Below, piece after piece: positions 1 through 6,939 of a stretch of DNA of 55,277 nt (its first letter is position 1; the number at the start of each line of letters is the position of its first letter). The DNA lies in contig DBNM01000122.1 in the NCBI GenBank assembly GCA_002299135.1, positions 1 through 55,277 on the forward strand, written 5' to 3'. The DNA comes from Candidatus Neomicrothrix sp. UBA672 (GTDB lineage Bacteria; Actinomycetota; Acidimicrobiia; Acidimicrobiales; MedAcidi-G1). Position numbers and translations under genes: made by a program. The notes beneath the pieces were generated by a model. The model ran no database searches, was not told the origin of the DNA, and was given only the letters and a program-made list of their open reading frames with translations.

Positions 1-255
1 AATTTGAACATTCCAAACAAACCCGTAAAAGAAGTCCTCGGATTCCGACAAGCCGATTTAGCGAATATAGGAAGAGTTCAAACAGTAATAACTTCTCAAG
101 ACTCAACTGGCATAGATATCGAACTTGAGCCATGTAACGACCCGGTACCTGAAGGAACTGATTCGGCTCTTTTAGAAAAAGGTTTCGCGACAGCTACAAC
201 ACTCGAACCGTCTAAAGAAGCCGCTGTAGTTCTACCAACTGAAGAATGGGAATAG
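1..255 (+). CDS. 3' end of a CDS entering from the left edge, product unidentified
   Basis: Frame 1 is open from base 1 to TAG at 253-255, with protein-like composition and an acidic tail. It ends 52 nt before the MFS gene. Confidence 0.55.
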   Translation, partial: NLNIPNKPVKEVLGFRQADLANIGRVQTVITSQDSTGIDIELEPCNDPVPEGTDSALLEKGFATATTLEPSKEAAVVLPTEEWE

Positions 256-307
256 ATCATATGCCGAGTAGAAGATCAACATACTCAAATTGACGTAACC
301 TGAAACT

Positions 308-1648
308 GTGAGCGTCAAGGAAACAAAACCCCCACTTAGTCCATTTACGAGAATGGCTATCACACACCTTTCAGGCGCAGCAGCGGACGCGATGATTGCT
401 GTAGCACTAGCAGGTTCACTCTTTTTTCTTGATCCAGACTCAGCAAGACCAAAAATCGCTCTATACCTACTTTTAACTATTGCACCATTCGCTATCGTCA
501 CGCCGCTCATCGGTCCTTTAATTGATCGAATTTCTGGAGGTCGACGAACAATGATTCTTATAACACTGCTTGCACGCGCAACTCTGGCAACACTTCTCGC
601 CATGTACATCGAAAGTCTTGCTTTGTTCCCAATAGCTTTTGGAATTCTCGTATTCCAAAAAGCTTATTCAGTAGCGAAAAGCGCCGTAGTTCCAAAATTA
701 GTTAGTTCGGAAAGAGATTTAGTAGAAGCAAATTCGAAATTGGCACTCCTGAGTGCAGTTGGAAGTTTTTTTGGAGCTTCAATTGGGGGACTGGCTCTCC
801 TCATAGGGCCTTCCTGGCCTGCGAAAATTGCTGTTATAGGATTCACACTTACTTTGGTTTCCGCAGTTCAAATACCAAGAGTCACTGTTGCGACCACTCC
901 AGCAACATCAGGAGAAAAAACAGAGTTGCGTTCAGCAGGAATAATTAATGCAGCCGCAGCGATGGCAGTGCTACGAGCCGCTGTAGGTTTCGTGACTTTT
1001 CTGCTTGCATTTGAATTCAGAGGTGGAGAAGAAGGTGTAGCAATGGAAGGAACAGGTCGTGCGTTAGGTGTAGCTACTGGGGTGGTAAGAGATCAAGACA
1101 TTCTTGGAACCCCTGGAGCTCCTGTCTGGCACTTCGGTGCTGTTCTAGCATGCGCAAGTGGAGGAGCTTTGCTTGGAGCACGAGTAGCACCACGCTTAAG
1201 AAAACTGATGGTTGAAGAAAGAATTATTTCAGGTGTCCTCTTTATAGCTTTCGCAGGAACAGTTTCTGCATCTTGGCTTCCATCAATTCTAGGAGCCATG
1301 GTTGTTTCTTTGCTTTTAGCCGGATCCGCGGGATCTGCCAAATTAGCATTCGACTCTCTCGTCCAAAGAGATGCACCGGATGCAAACCATGGAAGATCAT
1401 TCGCTCTTTTTGAAGGAAGGTTCCAACTCAGTTGGGCATTCGGATCACTAATAGCTTTATTAATCGCAATGCTGCCAATACAAGTCGGTTATTTCACAAT
1501 GGCTCTCGGTGTAGGACTTGGTCTCGTTTTTTACCTACCAAGAACTAGAGAAGCTCGTAAAGCGGAAAAAATCATTACACCTGAAGAACCTCAAAAACCC
1601 GACGGACAACTTGGCTTTTGGACTAGAAGCACAGAAGAAGAAAACTAA
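308..1648 (+). CDS. MFS transporter (actinobacterial type)
   Basis: About 12 hydrophobic segments; MFS motif-A-like GPLIDRISGGRR; AFDSLVQRDAPD segment; TAACCT-N6-GTG leaderless-type start. Confidence 0.85.
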   Translation: MSVKETKPPLSPFTRMAITHLSGAAADAMIAVALAGSLFFLDPDSARPKIALYLLLTIAPFAIVTPLIGPLIDRISGGRRTMILITLLARATLATLLAMYIESLALFPIAFGILVFQKAYSVAKSAVVPKLVSSERDLVEANSKLALLSAVGSFFGASIGGLALLIGPSWPAKIAVIGFTLTLVSAVQIPRVTVATTPATSGEKTELRSAGIINAAAAMAVLRAAVGFVTFLLAFEFRGGEEGVAMEGTGRALGVATGVVRDQDILGTPGAPVWHFGAVLACASGGALLGARVAPRLRKLMVEERIISGVLFIAFAGTVSASWLPSILGAMVVSLLLAGSAGSAKLAFDSLVQRDAPDANHGRSFALFEGRFQLSWAFGSLIALLIAMLPIQVGYFTMALGVGLGLVFYLPRTREARKAEKIITPEEPQKPDGQLGFWTRSTEEEN

Positions 1649-2814
1649 TCCCCTGTTTCTAAATCTAATCTCGCTAACCACAACCCTGGAGCATCAACCT
1701 CGCTAGGAGTTGGCAGATTGGATTCATCAACCCAAAGGCGATCTAAACCTTTGGAACCTGCTCTTTCAACAACTCCACCAATAAAAGAGACACCGCGATC
1801 AACTTGTTCTTGTGTCAGATTCAAACCCAATATTTTCTCTACAAAACGTTCAGCCTCACCAGTCTCGACACGACGTCTTCGCAGAGCTTCAGTCATCATC
1901 GGGTAAGAAGGAATTAAGTCATTACCTATTTGATCCATTGTGTAGTCAACAAACCCGATAATCACTGCAACAAGTGCTTCCAAATAAGGTAAAAGAGCTT
2001 CTTGTTGAGGTGAACGAACCGCACCTAGAACCATTTCAGGATTTAAAACATTTTCTAAAGAAGCTAACCCTTCCAATCCTTCACCGATTTCGATTTCACC
2101 AAGTTGATCTTGAATCACTGAAGGGTCACTACTGAAACTTTCAGCATGTTGGGTTAACAACCCGCTTAGGTTTTTTCGGATATGAGGAATTCCCAGAACA
2201 GCATGATGGGTAACTTCATGAAGACAAATCCAAAGCCTCAAATCTTCCTTAGGAATACTCCAATCTTCACCAAAAGAGTCAATATTCGGTGCAACCAGAA
2301 GAATACGATCGCCTTCACGAGGTATGGGAAGATCGTAGGTTCCTAAACATCTACTAGCTAGATGGCCAACCATTGTTCCAGTGGTCATCTCCGCCATCAT
2401 CGGGGCAAGTAAAGCCATCATTTCATTAATCTCAGATGGAAAGTCACCTAAATCTATATCGTCATCAGTCCCTATAGAAGCCAAGCCGACGAGTAAAGGT
2501 TTAAGAGCATCCAAAGAATGTGTTGCCCAACCAGCTTTAGTCACTGGTTCTATTGTTAAAGATCCGCTACGAGAAGGAGTCAAACCCGTCACCTTATTAA
2601 CGTGCAGTTCCGCGACTCTTAAGAGATTCTCAAATTCCATTCGTTCAACAGGGTCAACATTAGGTTCACTAGTTCCACCAGAGGCAATGGCCATCGCTAT
2701 TTGCTTAGCTGATTGTCCACCTTGTTGCGAAAAAGATTTGAATATCTCATTCAAAAATGACATATCAGAGAACGGATTGTCATCATCTGGGTTAGATGGA
2801 TCGAAGAACTCCAC
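1645..2814 (-). CDS. Zinc-dependent metalloprotease, Zincin_2/DUF2342 (putative hydrolase) family
   Basis: HExxH in LHEVTHH; LGTYDLP, LRRRR and LPTPSEVDAPGLWLAR motifs typical of this actinobacterial family. Confidence 0.88.
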   Translation of the reverse strand: MEFFDPSNPDDDNPFSDMSFLNEIFKSFSQQGGQSAKQIAMAIASGGTSEPNVDPVERMEFENLLRVAELHVNKVTGLTPSRSGSLTIEPVTKAGWATHSLDALKPLLVGLASIGTDDDIDLGDFPSEINEMMALLAPMMAEMTTGTMVGHLASRCLGTYDLPIPREGDRILLVAPNIDSFGEDWSIPKEDLRLWICLHEVTHHAVLGIPHIRKNLSGLLTQHAESFSSDPSVIQDQLGEIEIGEGLEGLASLENVLNPEMVLGAVRSPQQEALLPYLEALVAVIIGFVDYTMDQIGNDLIPSYPMMTEALRRRRVETGEAERFVEKILGLNLTQEQVDRGVSFIGGVVERAGSKGLDRLWVDESNLPTPSEVDAPGLWLARLDLETGD

Positions 2815-2906
2815 ACTTGCATCGTAGATTCAAAAAATTGTTTAGCGTTGATTTTTCAGGAAACAAAATCATAGAAATAAATCAGCATTTAACAAAAATA
2901 AAATTC

Positions 2907-2923
2907 TTAACCACAACGGTTAA
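2907..2923. promoter_or_regulatory. Perfect inverted repeat TTAACC-N5-GGTTAA, possible regulator site in the divergent zincin/moaE intergenic region
   Basis: Seen directly, near the middle of the 180-nt divergent intergenic region. Cognate regulator unknown. Confidence 0.3.
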
Positions 2924-2994
2924 TAAAGACATGCAACCATACGCTATTCTGCTCACCATATGCGTAACATTTATTATCTACCTAAGATTTCAAA

Positions 2995-3498
2995 ATGACG
3001 CTTTCTCCACCAACTAACAGTGACACATGGATTGGTTTGGGTGACCAAACTCTTCCAGTGAACGAAGCTCTGGAATGGGTTAACCAACCAGAGTGTGGAG
3101 CCGTAGTTCTTTTTAGCGGCAATATAAGAAACCATGCTGAAGGCCGTGCAAACGTTACAGAAATAACTTATGAATCTTATGAAGAACAAGCTTTACCGAG
3201 GTTAGAAAAAATCGCTGAGAAAACCCGCGAACATTGGCCCGAAGTAAAAAGAATAGTGATGTTGCACCGAATCGGGAAACTTGAAATAGGTGAAACAGCA
3301 GTAATCGTTCTGGCTTCTTCAGCTCACAGAGACGATGCTTTTTCTGCAGGACGGTGGTGTATAGACACACTTAAAAAAACTGTTCCAATTTGGAAATCTG
3401 AAACTTGGGAAGGTGGAAGTGACTGGGGACTTGACGCGCAACACATTACTGAATTAGAAGAAATAGATTCTCTTGAACCCGATAGTGGAAACTTATGA
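2995..3498 (+). CDS. moaE: Molybdopterin synthase catalytic subunit MoaE
   Basis: GAVVLFSGNIR, YESYEEQA, HRIGKL, SSAHRDDAF and LKKTVPIWKSE motifs. Confidence 0.93.
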   Translation: MTLSPPTNSDTWIGLGDQTLPVNEALEWVNQPECGAVVLFSGNIRNHAEGRANVTEITYESYEEQALPRLEKIAEKTREHWPEVKRIVMLHRIGKLEIGETAVIVLASSAHRDDAFSAGRWCIDTLKKTVPIWKSETWEGGSDWGLDAQHITELEEIDSLEPDSGNL

Positions 3499-3725
3499 AT
3501 ACAAATTTAATTTTTCTGGCAGGAACAGTAGTCATAGCCATAATTGGTTCAATTATTCTTTGGTTGATTACAAGGCCTAAAACACGTTCAGCAACCCCCG
3601 GTGAATTGCAGAAGATATTGCGAGGTGCATCACAAAGAAAACCTAGACGGATGCAAAACCCGGATGGTATAAGAGTGATAGGCAGTGAAGAGAAATTAGA
3701 AACCCAAATAGAACGCGAAGATTGA
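3495..3725 (+). CDS. Small single-pass membrane protein (76 aa)
   Basis: N-terminal TM helix followed by a basic tail. ATGA overlap with the moaE stop; ends 1 nt before mreB. Confidence 0.7.
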   Translation: MNTNLIFLAGTVVIAIIGSIILWLITRPKTRSATPGELQKILRGASQRKPRRMQNPDGIRVIGSEEKLETQIERED

Positions 3726-3726
3726 A

Positions 3727-4731
3727 ATGGCAAGAGATTTAGCTATCGACCTCGGTACAGCAAACACTCTGGTTTACGCTCGAAGTGAGGGAATAGTACT
3801 GGCGGAACCTTCTGTGATTGCTTTAAATGAAAACAATCGTGAAGTTTTGGCAATGGGTTCAGACGCATGGAACATGATAGGAAGAACCCCAGCTCATATA
3901 GTCGCTCACCGTCCACTGCGAAAAGGAGCGATCACAGATTTTGATATAACCCAAAGAATGGTCCGGCTCATTCTTAAAAGAGCAGGAGTAAGTCGTTTTA
4001 ACAAACCACGAGTAGTTATTTGTGTACCCTCTGCGATCACACCTGTTGAAAGGCGGGCAGTAACTGAAGCTTGTCGCCGAGCAGGAGCTTCAGACGCACA
4101 GCTCATCGAACAGCCTTTAGCAGCCGCCATAGGAGCAAACCTCCCAATAAGTGAAGCCTTTGGAAGCATGGTTGTTGATATCGGAGGCGGCACATCAGAA
4201 ACAGCACTACTTTCGTTGGGTGGAATAGTTGAAATAGAAGCGAAACGCGTTGGTTCTTTTGATATTGATGATGCAATTCAAAACTATATAAGGAGAGAAT
4301 ACGGATTAGCGATAGGTGAGAGAACAGCTGAAGAAATAAAATGGACAGTCGGATCTGCTGCAGAAACACCAGGTGAAGGCAGAGCAGAAGTACGAGGACG
4401 TGAAATGTTCACCGGTATGCCAAAGACAGTTGTTCTGCAGCCCTATGAAATCAGAACAGCAATTGAAGAACCTGTTTCTGTGATGGTTGATTCAGTAGTT
4501 TCTTGTCTCGGTAAAGCCCCCCCTGAACTTGCTCAGGATCTGTTAACCAGTGGCATTTATCTTGTAGGAGGAGGAAGTCTTTTACGCGGTTTAGATAGTC
4601 GAATATCACAAGAAACAGGAGTTCCAGTAGTTCACGCAGAATCGCCAATGGAGTGTGTGGTGCTGGGAGCTGGTCAACTAGTTGAAGATTTTGATGCAAT
4701 GCGCGCAATGTTTATGGAAGCTAGACGTTAA
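3727..4731 (+). CDS. mreB: Rod shape-determining protein MreB/Mbl (actin-like ATPase)
   Basis: IDLGTANTLV, VVDIGGGTSE, GERTAEEIK and LVGGGSLLRG motifs. No mreC/mreD adjacent. Confidence 0.95.
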   Translation: MARDLAIDLGTANTLVYARSEGIVLAEPSVIALNENNREVLAMGSDAWNMIGRTPAHIVAHRPLRKGAITDFDITQRMVRLILKRAGVSRFNKPRVVICVPSAITPVERRAVTEACRRAGASDAQLIEQPLAAAIGANLPISEAFGSMVVDIGGGTSETALLSLGGIVEIEAKRVGSFDIDDAIQNYIRREYGLAIGERTAEEIKWTVGSAAETPGEGRAEVRGREMFTGMPKTVVLQPYEIRTAIEEPVSVMVDSVVSCLGKAPPELAQDLLTSGIYLVGGGSLLRGLDSRISQETGVPVVHAESPMECVVLGAGQLVEDFDAMRAMFMEARR

Positions 4732-4734
4732 AAA

Positions 4735-5367
4735 TCAATCAGGGCGTGGTCCAATATCAACTGGACTAATCACCCTATTTACATCAAGTAGGTCTTCAGC
4801 TATTTGTCGTACTTGCCAATCTCTGTCATTTAGAGATTTTTTAAGAGCTTCATCAACTTTCGGATCGTCAAAAGCCGCCAGAGCAATAGCTGCTCGACGT
4901 CTTATTGCAGGTTTATCCTTTAGGGCTTCTAGTACGGTTTCAAGCCCTAGAGGTGAACCTATAGATCCAAGAGCAGCAACAGCAGCTTCCCTACATAGTT
5001 GATCTGTATGACTATCGGCGATCAAGCAAAGTTGATTAATTACCTCATGAGTTTGATTCTCTTTTTCCCCTGCAGCCCAACATGCTGTTTCGACGACTAG
5101 AGGGTCTGTGTCATCAAATACATTAAGAGGGATTTCTTCAGGTCTTTTTGCTAGCAACTCGATCGCTCTTTTACGAACTTCAGGAGAAGGGTCGTAGACA
5201 GATTTTTCTAACATTTTTCCTGAAAGTTTTCCTAATTTTTCTAAAGAACTTAGAGCCGCTCCTCTCACCTTTGCATCCCCTTCATCTAATAATGAAATCG
5301 CTAACTCATAGTCACCTGAATAGCTAGAAAGAATAGCTTTTCGTCTATTAGAAGTATTTGAGTCCAC
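4735..5367 (-). CDS. HEAT-repeat (PBS-lyase-like) protein
   Basis: Repeated helical units: DAKVRGAALSSL, SPEVRKRAIELL, LCREAAVAALG, AIRRRAAIALA, DWQVRQIA. Confidence 0.85.
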   Translation of the reverse strand: MDSNTSNRRKAILSSYSGDYELAISLLDEGDAKVRGAALSSLEKLGKLSGKMLEKSVYDPSPEVRKRAIELLAKRPEEIPLNVFDDTDPLVVETACWAAGEKENQTHEVINQLCLIADSHTDQLCREAAVAALGSIGSPLGLETVLEALKDKPAIRRRAAIALAAFDDPKVDEALKKSLNDRDWQVRQIAEDLLDVNRVISPVDIGPRPD

Positions 5368-5651
5368 TAGCCGATTGCCTGTTCCAAGAGGAAACCTCCT
5401 GCGAAAATAATTAGTCCGATAAGGGAAGCTAAAATAATTCCGCTAAAAATAACGAAAAAGCCAAGAAGAACAAAAGATCTCAACCTATGCCACCAACGTA
5501 TTTTTGCTGATTTGCCTAAAGTGATTCGGCGCGGAGGCTGAAACCAAACCCCTAATCTAGCTACCGGGCTCCATCCTTTATCTGCTGCACGTTCGGTGCT
5601 GCCATCTGGCGGGACAGGTGAACTAAAAATGTGTTTAAATTTGTAAAAAAT
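5367..5651 (-). CDS. Unannotated membrane protein with no canonical start codon (putative ATT start)
   Basis: Stop-free frame 5660-5370 encodes ...RWWHRLRSFVLLGFFVIFSGIILASLIGLIIFAGGFLLEQAIG. Its TAG overlaps the HEAT GTG (TAGTG). AAGGA lies 6 nt before ATT at 5651. Absent from the ORF track. Confidence 0.55.
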   Translation of the reverse strand: MFYKFKHIFSSPVPPDGSTERAADKGWSPVARLGVWFQPPRRITLGKSAKIRWWHRLRSFVLLGFFVIFSGIILASLIGLIIFAGGFLLEQAIG

Positions 5652-5779
5652 CTGAATTCCTTAAAAGCCTTCTCGTAATTTAATCATGACAGTTAATACA
5701 ACTGCAGTCAGGAATTTAAAAATACATTAGTAAAAAATGTAAAGTCTAAGAAAACGTACGGATACGGTAATCGCGAATA

Positions 5780-6835
5780 GTGTACGAGAATTTAATGAAT
5801 AAAAAAATCTCAAAAAAGTGGAAAACAGGAATCATATTTTTTCTTTTAATCGGATTCTTAATATCTATGACTTTTATTCAACTTCCGTATTTCGCTTTCA
5901 AACCAGGAACAGTAAACGAATTATCACGCAGGGTTGTTGTTTCGGAAGGGAGAAGTTTCGAACCCGCTGGCGAAATTTATTTCACGACAATTTCACAAGA
6001 TTCGTCGATAAATGGGTGGGAGTTTCTTGAAGGAACCTTCAAAGAATCTGTGCATTTGATTGATGAAGACTCAATTTTGGGAACAAGAAATAGAGACGAA
6101 AATAAAACTTTCAACTTTGACCTAATGAGGGCTTCTAAGTTGACAGCCGTGTCAGTTGCTTTAAGCCATTTAGGTTTGGAACCATATAGAGCTACAGGTG
6201 TAGGAATTGCCTCAGTCGGAGGCCCATCTGAAGGCATTCTGACCACATCTGATGTAATAGTTGCAGTAAATAAAAAAGAAGTTTTTACAGATCAAGATTT
6301 AATTATTGAAATCAGAGAATATGAACCTTCGGAAATTATTCAACTTAGTGTCGAGAAAATAGATGGATCCGATCCACGAGAAATCTCAATCGAACTTGGT
6401 TCACGTGAAGACGAACCGTCAGTTGCATTCCTTGGCATAGCACCTCAGACCCGCATAGAAGATAACGACGATTTGCCTGTACAAGTTCTAGTAAACACAG
6501 GAAGAATTGGAGGTAATTCAGCAGGTCTGGCTCTCGCACTATCTGTGTTAGATCTTTTAACTCCAGGAGAATTAACAGGAGGTTTTAAGATTGCCACTAC
6601 AGGAACAATCGACCTAGAAGGAAATGTAGGCCCCATAGGCGGAGTAGAACAAAAAACTATAACTGCCCGGAAGGCAGGAATGGATTTATTTTTGGTGCCC
6701 GAAAATTCTTTCGAAAATGCCAAGAAACACTCGGGTGAAATGAAAGTTGAAGGGGTAGCAAATTTAGACGATGCTTTAAAGGTTCTAACTGATTTGGGTG
6801 GCAACGGTGATTCCTTAGAACTACCAAAAAATTAA
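5780..6835 (+). CDS. YlbL-family PDZ-domain, Lon-like (S16) serine protease
   Basis: N-terminal TM, central PDZ-like region, GGNSAGL (catalytic Ser), TGTIDLEGNVGPIGGVEQK (catalytic Lys). The start may be ATG at 5795. Confidence 0.9.
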   Translation: MYENLMNKKISKKWKTGIIFFLLIGFLISMTFIQLPYFAFKPGTVNELSRRVVVSEGRSFEPAGEIYFTTISQDSSINGWEFLEGTFKESVHLIDEDSILGTRNRDENKTFNFDLMRASKLTAVSVALSHLGLEPYRATGVGIASVGGPSEGILTTSDVIVAVNKKEVFTDQDLIIEIREYEPSEIIQLSVEKIDGSDPREISIELGSREDEPSVAFLGIAPQTRIEDNDDLPVQVLVNTGRIGGNSAGLALALSVLDLLTPGELTGGFKIATTGTIDLEGNVGPIGGVEQKTITARKAGMDLFLVPENSFENAKKHSGEMKVEGVANLDDALKVLTDLGGNGDSLELPKN

Positions 6836-6885
6836 TAATATATTTCTCACGTTTCCTCTAATGAGGCCACCAGTAAGCTTAAAGA

Positions 6886-6939
6886 ATGAGAGCGGAGCGA
6901 ATGGATTTCGCAGTTAGAGAGTTTAAGAATGCAACCTGA
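6886..6939 (+). CDS. Candidate leaderless upstream ORF (MRAERMDFAVREFKNAT)
   Basis: TAAGCT-N6-ATG, the same geometry as six other gene starts in the window. Overlaps the UPF0182 start codon out of frame. Confidence 0.3.
   Translation: MRAERMDFAVREFKNAT

Noticed and set aside
1-255. Resemblance of the partial ORF to the C-terminus of actinobacterial valyl-tRNA synthetase
   Set aside because: Only a vague similarity around ADLANIGRV, which is not enough to name the gene.
5413-5440. AGTCCGATAA resembling the left arm of an actinobacterial dif site
   Set aside because: The right arm (TTATGTCAA-like) is absent, and the sequence is within a probable CDS.
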